Shown: piece after piece, positions 49,992-60,745 of the stretch | How the letters are laid out: each line of letters starts with the position of its first letter | Numbering within the stretch: position 1 is the stretch's first letter | Assembly (NCBI GenBank): GCA_031362885.1 | Contig: JANLTJ010000051.1 | Coordinates: 10,629 to 74,628, forward strand | Reading direction: 5' to 3' | Source: Betaproteobacteria bacterium | GTDB taxonomy: Bacteria > Pseudomonadota > Gammaproteobacteria > Burkholderiales > JACQAP01 | DNA length: 64,000 bases | Notes under the pieces: generated by a model | Databases searched by the model: none | Told to the model about the DNA's origin: nothing | Seen by the model: the letters and a program-made list of their open reading frames with translations, nothing else | Made by a program: the position numbers and the translations under genes

Positions 49992-50558
49992 ATGCAAAAC
50001 ATCAATCTCACCAATCACTTCCTGATCGCCATGCCGAACATGGCAGATCCCCACTTTGCCAAGTCGCTGACGTTTGTCTGCGAACACAACGAGCAGGGCG
50101 CGCTGGGCGTGGTGGTCAATCGGCCGACGGATATGACCCTGGGGGCTTTGTTCCAGCAAGTGGATATCCCGCTCGAAAATCAAGCGGTCGGGGGAATTCC
50201 GGTTTATTTCGGCGGTCCAGTGCAAGTCGATCGTGGTTTCGTCCTGCATCGACCGATCGGCGGTTGGCAGTCAACGCTCTCGATCAACGGGGAGATCGGG
50301 CTGACGACGTCGAAGGACATTCTCCAGGCGCTGAGTCAAGGCATCGGACCGGGTCTGGACAATGTTCTCATATCGCTCGGTTACGCCGGCTGGGCGCCGG
50401 GACAGCTTGAGCAGGAGCTGGGACAAAACGCCTGGTTGACTGTCGAGGCGCAGCCCTCGGTGATTTTCGAACGACCCTCCTCCGAACGCTTTATCGCCGC
50501 GATGGAGTTGCTCGGTATCGATCCGGCCCGCCTGTCGGAGGATGTGGGGCATGCATGA
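49992..50558 (+). CDS. yqgE: YqgE/AlgH-family protein
   Basis: FLIAMP, CEH..QGALG, GGPV, GYAGW..GQLE.EL..NAW. Confidence 0.93.
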   Translation: MQNINLTNHFLIAMPNMADPHFAKSLTFVCEHNEQGALGVVVNRPTDMTLGALFQQVDIPLENQAVGGIPVYFGGPVQVDRGFVLHRPIGGWQSTLSINGEIGLTTSKDILQALSQGIGPGLDNVLISLGYAGWAPGQLEQELGQNAWLTVEAQPSVIFERPSSERFIAAMELLGIDPARLSEDVGHA

Positions 50559-50585
50559 TCTGGCGCGGGGAGCCGCTGGCACAGC

Positions 50586-51050
50586 ATGACCGCGATACGC
50601 GAACCCTTGCCCGGGTCAGTGAGCGATGGCAGCAGACCGCGCAGCGGAACGGTGCTGGCCTTCGACTTCGGCGAGCGGCGCATCGGCGTGGCGGTGGGAG
50701 AACTGCGGCTTGGCGTCGCGCACCCACTTGACACCATTGACGCCGAAGCCAACGCCGTGCGCTTTGCCCGCATTGAAGCACTGGTCAACGAATGGCGGCC
50801 GGCGTTGCTGCTGGTTGGCTTGCCACTGGCGCTCGATGGCGGCGAAAGTCCAATGACGGCATTGGCGCGCCGCTTTGCCCAGCGCCTGCAAGGGCGTTAC
50901 GCAATCGAAACCCGTCTGATCGATGAGCGCCTGACGTCGGTCGAAGCCGAGCAGCAGGCACGCGAGATGGGGCTCAACCTGCGCAAAGCTCGCCCGATCA
51001 TCGACCAGCTTGCGGCCAAAATAATTCTGGAAAACTACTTCAACCAATGA
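50586..51050 (+). CDS. yqgF: YqgF/RuvX pre-16S rRNA nuclease
   Basis: LAFDFG.RRIGVA, VGLP, DERLTS.EA, ID.LAA.IILE. Confidence 0.93.
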   Translation: MTAIREPLPGSVSDGSRPRSGTVLAFDFGERRIGVAVGELRLGVAHPLDTIDAEANAVRFARIEALVNEWRPALLLVGLPLALDGGESPMTALARRFAQRLQGRYAIETRLIDERLTSVEAEQQAREMGLNLRKARPIIDQLAAKIILENYFNQ

Positions 51051-51556
51051 GCAAGCCCCTGCCTGACGCGGAAGAACTGCTGGCCCGTCTCGCCGAGCGC
51101 ATGCGCGCTGCGGTCACGCCCGATACCGCCCTGGTCGGTATCCATACCGGCGGCGTCTGGCTGGCGCAAAGGCTGCACAAGGCGCTGGCTCTGACCCAGC
51201 CCCTTGGGACCATCGACGTGTCTTTCTACCGAGACGACTACGGTAGTCGCGGCCTGCATCCCAAGGTCAAGCCGTCGAATATCCCGTTCGAAGTCGCCGA
51301 TGCGGACATCATTCTGGTGGACGATGTGCTCTACACCGGGCGCACCATTCGCGCGGCCATGAATGAATTGTTCGACTACGGCCGGCCCAAGCGTATTCGG
51401 CTGGCGGCCCTGATCGACAGAGGCGGCCGGCAATTGCCGATTGCGGCGCAGTTCGTAGGCGCTGAAATATCCGTGTCCGATGCGGAGCAGATCGAGTTGC
51501 AGACCAACGAGCATGGGCGCTTGAGCCTCGCGCTTAACCGGCAGATGCCGGCATGA
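51047..51556 (+). CDS. pyrR: PyrR regulator/uracil phosphoribosyltransferase
   Basis: [29 protein letters not shown]. Confidence 0.93.
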   Translation: MSKPLPDAEELLARLAERMRAAVTPDTALVGIHTGGVWLAQRLHKALALTQPLGTIDVSFYRDDYGSRGLHPKVKPSNIPFEVADADIILVDDVLYTGRTIRAAMNELFDYGRPKRIRLAALIDRGGRQLPIAAQFVGAEISVSDAEQIELQTNEHGRLSLALNRQMPA

Positions 51557-52509
51557 GGGCATTTAACCCGCAGCTAAATGCCAACGGAGAACTGCAGCAT
51601 TTGCTGACCATCGAGGGCTTGCCGCGCGAAACAGTGCTCCATATTCTGGATACCGCGCTTTCTTTCCTGTCGGTCGGCGATCGCGAGATCAAGAAAGTGC
51701 CACTGCTGCGCGGCAAGGCCATTTTCAACCTGTTTTTCGAAGCTTCGACCCGCACCCGCACCACTTTCGAGATCGCCGCCAAGCGCCTGTCGGCGGATGT
51801 GATCAACCTGAACGTCGGAACGTCATCGCAGAGCAAAGGGGAAACGCTGCTTGACACCGTGGCTAATCTGTCCGCGATGCATGCCGATATGTTCATCGTC
51901 AGGCATGCGCAAAGTGGCGCCGCCCATCTGATCGCGCGCCATGTCGCGCCCGATATCCATGTCATCAATGCCGGAGACGGCCGCCACGCGCATCCCACGC
52001 AGGGGCTGCTGGACATGTTTACGATCCGCCACTACAAGAAAGAGTTTACGGCGTTGCGGGTGGCCATCGTGGGCGACGTACTGCACTCGCGCGTGGCGCG
52101 TTCCCAGATTCACGCGCTGACAACCCTCGGCGTTCCGGAAGTTCGCGCCATTGGCCCGAGAACGCTGCTTCCCGCGAATCTTTCCGATCTCGGCGTGCAC
52201 GTCTATCACGACATGGCGTCGGGACTTAAGGATGTCGATGTGGTGATCATGCTGCGCCTGCAGAATGAGCGCATGACCGGGGCTTTGCTGCCTTCCGCCC
52301 AGGAGTTTTTCAAGTACTACGGGCTCACTCCGGAGAAGCTCGGTTACGCGAAACCCGACGCGATCGTGATGCATCCCGGACCCATGAATCGCGGGATAGA
52401 AATCGAATCCAGCGTCGCCGATGGCAGCCAGTCGGTCATCCTGCCGCAGGTGACGTTTGGCATCGCGGTGCGCATGGCGGTGATGTCGATTCTGGCGGGC
52501 AACGCGTGA
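51553..52509 (+). CDS. pyrB: Aspartate carbamoyltransferase catalytic subunit
   Basis: [30 protein letters not shown]. Confidence 0.97.
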   Translation: MRAFNPQLNANGELQHLLTIEGLPRETVLHILDTALSFLSVGDREIKKVPLLRGKAIFNLFFEASTRTRTTFEIAAKRLSADVINLNVGTSSQSKGETLLDTVANLSAMHADMFIVRHAQSGAAHLIARHVAPDIHVINAGDGRHAHPTQGLLDMFTIRHYKKEFTALRVAIVGDVLHSRVARSQIHALTTLGVPEVRAIGPRTLLPANLSDLGVHVYHDMASGLKDVDVVIMLRLQNERMTGALLPSAQEFFKYYGLTPEKLGYAKPDAIVMHPGPMNRGIEIESSVADGSQSVILPQVTFGIAVRMAVMSILAGNA

Positions 52510-53780
52510 AAATCCACCTCAAGGGCGCACGCGTGGTCGATCCCGGCCGGGGATTCGACAAAGTCCAGGATATCTACATTGCCGCGGGCAAAATTGTCTC
52601 GATTGGCGCATCTCCGCATGACTTCCACGCCAATCGCGTCATTGATGCGGCGGGATTGGTCGTATGCCCCGGACTGGTCGATCTATCGGTCCGATTGCGC
52701 GAGCCCGGACTGGAATACAAGGCTACGCTGGAAAGCGAAATGGCCGCAGCCGTTGCCGGCGGCGTGACTTCGCTCGTATGCCCACCCGATACGGATCCCC
52801 CGCTCGACGAACCCGGCCTGGTGGAAATGCTCAAGCATCGCGCGCGCAGCCTCAACCAGGCGCACGTGTATCCCCTTGGCGCTTTGACCCAGGGCCTCAG
52901 AGGCGAGCGCATCACGGAAATGGCGGAACTGCACGATGCCGGCTGTATTGCGTTCTCGCAGGCGGATGTGCCGCTAGCCAGCAGCGAAGTTTTGTTGCGG
53001 GCAATGCAGTATGCGTCCACCTTCGGCTACCCGGTCTGGCTACGGCCGCGCGATGCAGCGATGGCGCGCGACGGCGTCGCGCACGACGGCCAGGTCGCCA
53101 CCCGTCTTGGTCTGGCGCCGATACCGGTTATCGCGGAAACAGTGGCCCTTTCCACAATCCTGCTGCTGGTGCGCGAGACGGGTGCCAGAGTTCATCTTTG
53201 CCGCATCTCCAGCGCCGAAGGCGTCGACATGATTCGTCAGGCCAAATCGATGGGAATCGGTGTCACCTGCGACGTCTCGGCCAATCATGTGCATCTGAGC
53301 GAACTGGATATCGGCTACTTCGATTCCAATTGCCATCTGGTGCCGCCGCTGCGTTCCCTGCGCGACCGGGACGCGTTGCGGCGCGGTGCGCAGGATGGGA
53401 CCATAGATGCAATATGCTCCGACCATGCGCCGGTGGATGACGATGCCAAGCAGCTTCCGTTTGGCGAGTCGGAACCGGGCGCGACCGGACTGGAGCTGTT
53501 GCTCTCACTCACCCTGAAATGGGCGCAGGAGAGCAAGGTTCCGCTGGCGGCAGCGCTGGCAAAAGTCACCAGCGAACCCGCGCGTATCCTGGGCATTCGT
53601 GCCGGCGCCGTCGCAGCCGGAGAAAACGCCGATCTGTGTGTGTTTGATCCGCTTGCACGCTGGAAGGTCGAGCCGGGCATCCTGAAAAGCCAGGGCAAGA
53701 ACACGCCGTTTACCGGATACGAAATGAACGCGCGGGTGCGTTTCACGCTGGTCGATGGTCATGTCGTTTACGAAGGATAA
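52506..53780 (+). CDS. Dihydroorotase-like protein (PyrC'/PyrX type, probably inactive)
   Basis: DHOase fold (PPLR, SDHAP), but [10 protein letters not shown] lacks the HxH metal ligands. Confidence 0.85.
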   Translation: MKIHLKGARVVDPGRGFDKVQDIYIAAGKIVSIGASPHDFHANRVIDAAGLVVCPGLVDLSVRLREPGLEYKATLESEMAAAVAGGVTSLVCPPDTDPPLDEPGLVEMLKHRARSLNQAHVYPLGALTQGLRGERITEMAELHDAGCIAFSQADVPLASSEVLLRAMQYASTFGYPVWLRPRDAAMARDGVAHDGQVATRLGLAPIPVIAETVALSTILLLVRETGARVHLCRISSAEGVDMIRQAKSMGIGVTCDVSANHVHLSELDIGYFDSNCHLVPPLRSLRDRDALRRGAQDGTIDAICSDHAPVDDDAKQLPFGESEPGATGLELLLSLTLKWAQESKVPLAAALAKVTSEPARILGIRAGAVAAGENADLCVFDPLARWKVEPGILKSQGKNTPFTGYEMNARVRFTLVDGHVVYEG

Positions 53781-53879
53781 CCGGCGCAATCATGGCCGGG
53801 AACCCGGCCAAGACAGCTTGAACATGAATCCGCCCGCCACCAGATAGGGTGTCCGTTTCCAGATTTTCAGAGTCAATTG

Positions 53880-55934
53880 ATGAATCCACTGCTTGATTTC
53901 TCCGGATTGCCACGCTTCGCGCAATTCAGTCCCGATGCGGTTTCTCCCGCCCTCGATCAGCTTCTGGATGAAAATCGGGCATTGGCAGCAAGTCTCAAGA
54001 ACTTGAGCGAAGCGCCGCAATGGGACAATTTCGTCGCACCTCTGGACGACGCCAATGAGCGGCTGCGCCGCGCCTGGGGACAGGTTTCGCACCTGAACGC
54101 GGTCATGAACGGTGCGCAACTTCGCGACGTGTACAACGCCAATCTGCCGCGCATCACGCAATACTTCACCGGACTGGCGCAGGACGAAGCGCTCTACGCC
54201 AAGTACAAGGCGTTGCGCGATTCGACCGCGTTTGGTCGACTCACTGCCGCGCAAAAGAAGGTCATTGCCAACGAATTGCGCGACTTCCGGCTGGGTGGCG
54301 CCGAATTGCCGGCTGCGGGAAAAGCCAGATTCAGGACGATATCCGAAGAGCTGTCCGGCTTGTCGTCGAAATTCAACGACAACGTACTCGACGCCACGAA
54401 TGCGTTTCAAGTGACGGTTGCGAATCAGGAAGGGTTGGCCGGCATTCCAGGCGATGCGATCGAGGCGGCGCGCGAAGCAGCGGCGCAGGCCGGCACGCCG
54501 GGTTGGAGATTCACGTTACACATGCCCTCGTATCTTCCGGTCATGCAGTATGCGCAGGATCGGCAACTGCGCGAGCAGATGTATCGGGCCTACTGCACTC
54601 GTGCCGCGGAATTCGGCGAACCCAGACTGGACAACACTGCGATCGTCGGTGAAATTCTGCGACTGCGTCAGGAGCAGGCGCGTTTGCTGGGTTTCGATAA
54701 CTTCGGGCAATTGTCTTTGCAGCCCAAGATGGCGGATTCGCCAAAGCAGGTTCTGGAGTTTCTGGAACAACTCGCCAAGCGCGCGAAACCCTTTGCGCAA
54801 CGGGACCTGGCGGAGTTGGCGGAGTTTGCCTCCCGGCAACTCGGAATCGGCGATCTGCAACCGTGGGATGTGACCTATGCGTCGGAACAGCTGCGGGTGG
54901 CACGCTACGCGTTCTCGGACCAGGAGGTGAAGCAGTATTTTCCCGAGCCGCAGGTGTTGCAGGGCATGTTTCGAGTGGTCGAAACCTTGTATGGCCTGCG
55001 CATCGATCCCGACGAAGCGCCCAAGTGGCATGACGACGTCCGCTTCTTTTCGATCCGGGATCGCAACGGTGCGCGGATCGGCCAGTTTTACCTCGACCTC
55101 TACGCCAGACCATCAAAGCGCGGTGGCGCCTGGATGGATGATGCCATCACCCGCAGGCGGGTACATCCGGCAGACAAGACCGGATCTTCCGGCATACAGA
55201 CGCCGGTTGCCTATCTCAACTGCAATTTCTCCGCGCCATTGCGCGGAAGACCGGCCTTGTTCACACATGACGAGGTGATCACGCTGTTTCACGAATTCGG
55301 CCATGGCCTGCATCATTTGCTCACCGAGGTTGAGGTGCTGGGCGTATCGGGAATCAACGGCGTCGAGTGGGATGCGGTCGAACTGCCCAGCCAGTTCATG
55401 GAGAATTTTTGCTGGGAATGGGAGGTGCTCAAGAACATGAGCGCGCATGTGGAGACCGGTGCCGGTCTGCCGCGCGAACTGTTTGAGAAAATGCTTGCCG
55501 CGAAGAATTTTCAAAGCGGAATGCAGACCGTCAGGCAGCTCGAGTTCGCGATTTTCGACATGCGCCTGCATTCGGATTTTGATCCCAACGGGCCGACGCC
55601 GCCGCTGCAACTGGCGGACGAAGTGCGTCGCGGTGTGGCCGTCTTGTTTCCTCCTGCATACAATCGCTTTCCGAACAGTTTTTCACACATTTTTGGCGGC
55701 GGATATGCGGCGGGCTATTACAGCTACAAATGGGCGGAAGTTCTCTCGGCTGACGCCTACGGCGTGTTCGAGGAAAATGGTGTTCTGAACCCCGTGGTCG
55801 GCGGCCGCTTTCGCGAGCAAATACTGGCGGCGGGAGGAAGCCGGCCGGCGCTGGAGTCGTTTGTCGCATTTCGAGGCCGCGAGCCAACCATCGACGCGCT
55901 GTTGCGGCACAATGGCATGGCCGAGACGGTTTAA
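53880..55934 (+). CDS. prlC: Oligopeptidase A (M3A)
   Basis: MNPLL, KRGGAWM, FHEFGHGLHH, DAVELPSQ, GYAAGYYSYKWAE. Confidence 0.95.
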   Translation: MNPLLDFSGLPRFAQFSPDAVSPALDQLLDENRALAASLKNLSEAPQWDNFVAPLDDANERLRRAWGQVSHLNAVMNGAQLRDVYNANLPRITQYFTGLAQDEALYAKYKALRDSTAFGRLTAAQKKVIANELRDFRLGGAELPAAGKARFRTISEELSGLSSKFNDNVLDATNAFQVTVANQEGLAGIPGDAIEAAREAAAQAGTPGWRFTLHMPSYLPVMQYAQDRQLREQMYRAYCTRAAEFGEPRLDNTAIVGEILRLRQEQARLLGFDNFGQLSLQPKMADSPKQVLEFLEQLAKRAKPFAQRDLAELAEFASRQLGIGDLQPWDVTYASEQLRVARYAFSDQEVKQYFPEPQVLQGMFRVVETLYGLRIDPDEAPKWHDDVRFFSIRDRNGARIGQFYLDLYARPSKRGGAWMDDAITRRRVHPADKTGSSGIQTPVAYLNCNFSAPLRGRPALFTHDEVITLFHEFGHGLHHLLTEVEVLGVSGINGVEWDAVELPSQFMENFCWEWEVLKNMSAHVETGAGLPRELFEKMLAAKNFQSGMQTVRQLEFAIFDMRLHSDFDPNGPTPPLQLADEVRRGVAVLFPPAYNRFPNSFSHIFGGGYAAGYYSYKWAEVLSADAYGVFEENGVLNPVVGGRFREQILAAGGSRPALESFVAFRGREPTIDALLRHNGMAETV

Positions 55935-55971
55935 TGCCAGTGCTGGTCCTTTCGGCCGACAGGAGGATTGC

Positions 55972-56526
55972 ATGAAACGCTGGTTGCTATTGCCGATATT
56001 CGTACTCGCGGGAGTTGCCGCACAGGCCGAAATGTTTCGCTGGGTGGACGCCGACGGCAAGGTTCACTACAGCGATCTGCCACCCCCCGCAAACATCAAA
56101 CAGGTGGAAAAAAAGAAAGTCAGTGGCGGCAAGCCCGGCGAAGCGCCACTGCCCTATGCGTTGCAACAGGCGGTCAAGAATTTTCCGGTGACGCTGTACA
56201 GCAGCGCTTGCGGCGAGGGATGTGCGCGCGCAAGCGCGTTGCTTTCAAAGCGCGGCGTTCCCTACACTGAGTTGGATGCAACGGATGCTGAAACGCAAAG
56301 CGAGCTGAAGACACTGACCGGCGGGCAGATCGTGGTTCCGGTGATGAAAATCGGCCGCGAGGTAGTGAAAGGCTTCGAAGAAGGCGCCTGGAACAGGTCG
56401 CTTGATGCCGCCGGTTATCCGAAAACCGCGCTGATTGCCCCCCGCGCGCCAAGCCGGCCTGCCAAGCCGGCGCCGACTGACGCGGCGCCGAATACTTCGA
56501 ATTCTCCCGCCGACGAAGCGCGTTAA
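55972..56526 (+). CDS. Periplasmic DUF4124 plus glutaredoxin-like protein
   Basis: Signal peptide, FRWVDADGKVHYSD.PP, PVTLY..ACGEGC, VP. Confidence 0.8.
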   Translation: MKRWLLLPIFVLAGVAAQAEMFRWVDADGKVHYSDLPPPANIKQVEKKKVSGGKPGEAPLPYALQQAVKNFPVTLYSSACGEGCARASALLSKRGVPYTELDATDAETQSELKTLTGGQIVVPVMKIGREVVKGFEEGAWNRSLDAAGYPKTALIAPRAPSRPAKPAPTDAAPNTSNSPADEAR

Positions 56527-56530
56527 TTCC

Positions 56531-57292
56531 TTGAAAATCGCGGCCTGGAACGTCAACTCGCTCAAGGTCCGGCTGCCGCAACTGCTTGAGTGGCTGACAC
56601 GCGAGCAGCCCGATGCGATCTGCCTCCAGGAAACTAAAGTCGAAGATCATAATTTTCCGGCAGAGGATATTGAGCGCTGCGGCTATCGCGCGGTGTTCAG
56701 TGGCCAAAAAACCTACAACGGCGTCGCCATCCTGACGCGCGACGTGCCGGACGATGTCGAGCACGGTATCGAAGGCTTTTCCGATGTCCAAAAACGCGTC
56801 ATTTCGGCCACGCTCGGCGATGTGCGCCTGGTTTGCGCCTATGTCCCAAACGGACAGAGCCTGGAGTCGGACAAGTACCGATATAAACTGGAATGGCTGC
56901 AAGCGCTGACCGCCTGGCTCGGTGGCGAGTCGAAGAAGTATGCCCGCATTGCCATACTCGGCGACTTCAATATTGCGCCCGAAGATCGGGATGTACACGA
57001 TCCCAAAGCGTGGGAGGGACAGGTTCTGTGCAGCCCGGCGGAGAGAGTTGCCTTTCAGGGCTTGATCGCGCTTGGGTTCAAGGACAGTTTCAGACTGTTC
57101 GATCAACCCGAGCGCTCATTCTCGTGGTGGGATTACCGTATGAACGCGTTTCAGCGCAAGAAGGGCTTGCGCATTGATCACATTTTGCTCTCGGACGCGC
57201 TTGCGTCCGCATGCACATCGAGCCGCATAGACATCGCCATGCGCAGGAACGAGCGCCCTTCGGATCACGCGCCAGTCATAGCCGAATTCTGA
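56531..57292 (+). CDS. xth: Exodeoxyribonuclease III
   Basis: WNVNS, LQETK, YNGVAI, GDFN, WWDYR, RIDH, SDH; TTG start. Confidence 0.95.
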   Translation: MKIAAWNVNSLKVRLPQLLEWLTREQPDAICLQETKVEDHNFPAEDIERCGYRAVFSGQKTYNGVAILTRDVPDDVEHGIEGFSDVQKRVISATLGDVRLVCAYVPNGQSLESDKYRYKLEWLQALTAWLGGESKKYARIAILGDFNIAPEDRDVHDPKAWEGQVLCSPAERVAFQGLIALGFKDSFRLFDQPERSFSWWDYRMNAFQRKKGLRIDHILLSDALASACTSSRIDIAMRRNERPSDHAPVIAEF

Positions 57293-57293
57293 A

Positions 57294-58730
57294 CTACCCG
57301 CTGCGGGTATTGCCCTTACTTTCCCGTTCCGGTTCTTCGACCAGTCCCAGCTCCTGAATCTTGCGCGTGAGGGTGTTGCGTCCCATGCCCAGCAGTGTCG
57401 AGGCTTCAATGCGCCTGCCGCCGGTATGCGCCAGCGCGCGCGAAATCAGGGCACGCTCAAACTGGCGCGTGAGCTCATCAAGGATCGCGGTGTCGCCGCG
57501 TTTGAGCAGGACTTCGGCTTCGCGTTCCAGGGCCGCGACCCAGTTTTCGGTCGCCGCCGTGCGCGCTTCAGCGCGCAGTTCCGGCGGCAGGTCTTTGACG
57601 TCGATGTTCATGCCTGGCGCCATGACCGTGAGCCAATGGCACAGGTTTTCGAGCTGACGCACATTGCCCGGCAGATCGAGTGACGTCAGATACTTCATCG
57701 CGGTATCGGAGAGTTTCTTGGGCTCCACTCCTAGCTCGCGGGCGCTTTTCTGCAGAAAGTGGCGCGCGAGCAACGCGATGTCGTCGCGGCGCTCGCGCAG
57801 CGCGGGCAGTCGCAGGCGGATGACGTTCAGGCGGTGAAACAAGTCTTCCCGAAACAGACCGCTTTTCACGCGGGTCTCCAGATCCTGGTGGGTTGCGGCG
57901 ACAATGCGCACATTGGCCTTGATCGGCTGGTGTCCGCCCACGCGATAAAACTGGCTGTCTGACAGCACCCGCAGCAGGCGCGTCTGCAGATCGGGCGGCA
58001 TATCGCCGATTTCATCCAGAAACAGGGTGCCGCCATCGGCCTGCTCGAAGCGCCCGCGGCGCATCGCCTGCGCGCCGGTGAAAGCGCCGCGTTCGTGGCC
58101 AAACAATTCCGATTCCAGCAGATCTTTTGGAATCGCCGCCGTATTGATGGCGATGAAGGGTTTGGCGGCGCGCGGACTGTGACGATGCAGCGCGCGTGCC
58201 ACCAGCTCCTTGCCGGTGCCCGATTCGCCATTGATGAGCACTGTGGCATGCGACTGGGTAAGCCGGCCGATGGCGCGGAACACCTCCTGCATGGCGGCGC
58301 CCTGGCCGAGAATCTCCGGTGACTCCTGGGCAATCTCCGCGACCTCGTCCTGGCGCAGGCTTTCCTCAATCGCGCGGCGGATAAGATCGACCGCGTGGTC
58401 CACATCAAAGGGTTTGGGCAGATACTCGAATGCACCGCCCTGGAAGGCGGCCACCGCGCTTTCCAGGTCCGAATAAGCCGTCATGATGATAACCGGAAGA
58501 GCCGGCAGTTTTTCCTTCATTTTCCGCAGCAGTTCCAGCCCGGATTCGCCCGGCATGCGGATATCGCTTACCACTACTTGCGGCGTAGATGAGGCGAGCG
58601 CGTGCAGCGCTTCCTGCGCCGAGGCAAATACTTTGAAGGCGATGTCTTCGCGTGCCAGGGCTTTTTCAAATACCCAGCGAATCGAGCGATCGTCGTCGAT
58701 GATCCAGACTGGTTTCACGTTGTAAGTCAT
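57294..58730 (-). CDS. ntrC: Nitrogen regulator NtrC
   Basis: REC domain, [25 protein letters not shown]. Confidence 0.96.
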   Translation of the reverse strand: MTYNVKPVWIIDDDRSIRWVFEKALAREDIAFKVFASAQEALHALASSTPQVVVSDIRMPGESGLELLRKMKEKLPALPVIIMTAYSDLESAVAAFQGGAFEYLPKPFDVDHAVDLIRRAIEESLRQDEVAEIAQESPEILGQGAAMQEVFRAIGRLTQSHATVLINGESGTGKELVARALHRHSPRAAKPFIAINTAAIPKDLLESELFGHERGAFTGAQAMRRGRFEQADGGTLFLDEIGDMPPDLQTRLLRVLSDSQFYRVGGHQPIKANVRIVAATHQDLETRVKSGLFREDLFHRLNVIRLRLPALRERRDDIALLARHFLQKSARELGVEPKKLSDTAMKYLTSLDLPGNVRQLENLCHWLTVMAPGMNIDVKDLPPELRAEARTAATENWVAALEREAEVLLKRGDTAILDELTRQFERALISRALAHTGGRRIEASTLLGMGRNTLTRKIQELGLVEEPERESKGNTRSG

Positions 58731-58733
58731 ATT

Positions 58734-59804
58734 TTATTTTCCATTGCCGTTGTCTGCCTCGGTTGCGACCGGAAACAGGATGCTGAAACTCGTCTCGCCC
58801 GGCCGGCTTTCGACTTCTATGGTGCCGTGGTGCTGGCTCACGAAACTCTGCGCGATGGTCAGTCCGATGCCGTGACCGCCATCGCGTCCCGATACCAGCG
58901 GGAAGAAAATTTTTTCCTTGAGCTCATCCGGAATGCCGGGCCCGTTGTCGATGATGTTGACCATCAGCGCCAGCCGATGCATTTTCTTTGCCAGGGTTAC
59001 CCGTCGCGCGACACGGGTGCGCAGGATAATTTTCCCCTTGCCCTGCATGGCCTGGGCGGCATTGCGCGCGATGTTGAGCAATGCCTGGATGATTTGCTCG
59101 CGATCAGCGCGAAGTGGCGGCAAACTTACGTCGTAGTCCGTGACAACCGCGATTCCGTCTGGAAACTCCACCAGGAGCAGACTGCGCACCCGATCCAGAG
59201 CCTCGTGAATGCTGAAGTGCGTAACATGCGGTAATCGGTGGGGCGTAAGCAGCCGGTCCATGAGCGATTGCAACCGGTCCGCTTCTTTCATGATGACTTG
59301 GGTGTATTCGTGCAGTTCCGGGCGTTCCAGTTCCCGCTCGAGCAACTGCGCTGCTCCGCGCAGTGCGCCCAGCGGGTTCTTGATTTCGTGCGCCAGATTG
59401 CGGATCAATTCCCGGGTTTGCGCACTTTGATCGAGCAGGCGTTCTTCGCGCACGATGCGAGACTGCTGTTGCGCCGGACTCAGTTCGATCAGGAACCCTT
59501 CGATCTGTGTGATTTCCATCGGCGTTACGGTGCACACGACTTCAAAATGCTTGTGTCCCGCCACCAGCAGCGGAAGTTCGTGTTGCGTATAGCTGCAATT
59601 GTTCCGGCTGGCATAGTCCACGGCCGCCAGCATCAATTCGGGTTCGGCGCTGAGTTTGTCGAGCGGTCCACCGACCAGACTCCTCGCGCTTGCGGCGAGC
59701 AGATTCTCCGCCGCCGGATTCACATAGCGCACGATGCGATCCAGGTCGAGCAGTACCACTGCGGTCGCCAGTACGTCGAGTCCCGGATAGACCAGCTGAT
59801 TCAT
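58734..59804 (-). CDS. ntrB: Nitrogen regulation sensor kinase NtrB
   Basis: PAS, LAHEIKNPL, DNGPG, IFFPLVSGR, G.GIGL. Confidence 0.96.
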   Translation of the reverse strand: MNQLVYPGLDVLATAVVLLDLDRIVRYVNPAAENLLAASARSLVGGPLDKLSAEPELMLAAVDYASRNNCSYTQHELPLLVAGHKHFEVVCTVTPMEITQIEGFLIELSPAQQQSRIVREERLLDQSAQTRELIRNLAHEIKNPLGALRGAAQLLERELERPELHEYTQVIMKEADRLQSLMDRLLTPHRLPHVTHFSIHEALDRVRSLLLVEFPDGIAVVTDYDVSLPPLRADREQIIQALLNIARNAAQAMQGKGKIILRTRVARRVTLAKKMHRLALMVNIIDNGPGIPDELKEKIFFPLVSGRDGGHGIGLTIAQSFVSQHHGTIEVESRPGETSFSILFPVATEADNGNGK

Positions 59805-59927
59805 CCTAAAAACCTCACCACAGATACCCTACGTGCGAAGCACGTCGGGTATTCGCGAGGGTATCGGCGCCTAAAAGGGTACTCCACGCTACGCGAGGGT
59901 ATCTGTGGTTCAACTGCGTTATTTAGG
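59805..59927. mobile_element. 123-bp MITE-like element with a 5-bp target duplication at the ntrB start codon
   Basis: Ends CCTAAA/TTTAGG, flanked on both sides by TTCAT; perfect 14-bp internal inverted repeat ACCACAGATACCCT/AGGGTATCTGTGGT; partial second copy at 40211. Confidence 0.75.
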
Positions 59928-60060
59928 TTCATGGCAATTTCAGACGCACGAAAGGCGCCGAAGAGCGCAAAAAGCGGGCTACTATTGCGCGCCCGCCTGA
60001 TGCGCGAGGGCAAGCCTGACTTACCGGGAAGGATCGCCGCTGTCGCGGCGAAGGGGAAAG

Positions 60061-60600
60061 CTACTTCAGATTGGCGATTTCGCGCTTGATCGCTTCCAGA
60101 TTGCGTTCGTGACCCGCAACCGAATCCCGGAAAGGCTGAACGCGATCCAGAAAGCGCTGATAATTCTTCTCGTCGCCCGTGCGCATGGCCTCTTGTTCGG
60201 CCAGTTGCTGCCTGGCCAGTTCGAGCGCTTTTGTCTCGTCTGCGATTTCTTGTTCCAGAATGCGACGGCGGTCGTTGTCCCGCGCCCTCTGGGTGTTGCC
60301 GCTGACGCGCCCAGACCTTGCTTCGCCACCCGTTTCGGCCGCCCGCGAATCTGAATCTCTTGCAGCAGATTCCGGCCGCGGTGCCGGCGCCGGCCTTGGG
60401 GCCGGGGCGTCGAAACACTTTATCTTGGTTGCGCCCTTCGGCGGACTGTTGGGGGTGTTGGAATAAATCACTCGCCCCTCGGGATCCTGATACTTGCAGG
60501 TTTCCGCCCGGACGTTGAACTGAAACAAAGCGAGGATGAGGAATACGACGACGTGGTGAAAATGCATCGGGATCACCTGCCGGATTGAGGAAAAATTCAT
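60061..60600 (-). CDS. Secreted DUF4124-like protein with a C-terminal coiled coil (start may be 60567)
   Basis: Signal-like N-terminus, CKYQDPEGRVIYSNTP, R..RRRILEQE, GDEKNYQ..LDRV; lies between glnA and ntrB. Confidence 0.78.
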   Translation of the reverse strand: MNFSSIRQVIPMHFHHVVVFLILALFQFNVRAETCKYQDPEGRVIYSNTPNSPPKGATKIKCFDAPAPRPAPAPRPESAARDSDSRAAETGGEARSGRVSGNTQRARDNDRRRILEQEIADETKALELARQQLAEQEAMRTGDEKNYQRFLDRVQPFRDSVAGHERNLEAIKREIANLK

Positions 60601-60697
60601 GGCCGCGGCAACACCTTGCCAACTGGTGGTGCAGTCTAAGGCAGGCGTATTCGATTATCAATCCGCAAGTTCCCCGGCAGGGCTGAAAGTGGCAGAC

Positions 60698-60727
60698 AAA
60701 AAAGGGGCGGGAAGTCCCGCCCCTTTT
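60698..60727 (-). terminator. Intrinsic terminator after glnA
   Basis: AAAAAAGGGGCGGGA-AG-TCCCGCCCCTTTT. Confidence 0.85.
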
Positions 60728-60745
60728 ATTGAGCGTGAACTCCGG

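Noticed and set aside
49376-50410. 344-aa plus-strand ORF
   Set aside because: Overlaps the ECF sigma antisense and yqgE out of frame; low-complexity shadow.
59801-60661. 286-aa minus-strand ORF ending at the ntrB start
   Set aside because: Mostly an out-of-frame overlap of the DUF4124 gene; only its last 43 codons (the MITE-derived uORF) are considered meaningful.
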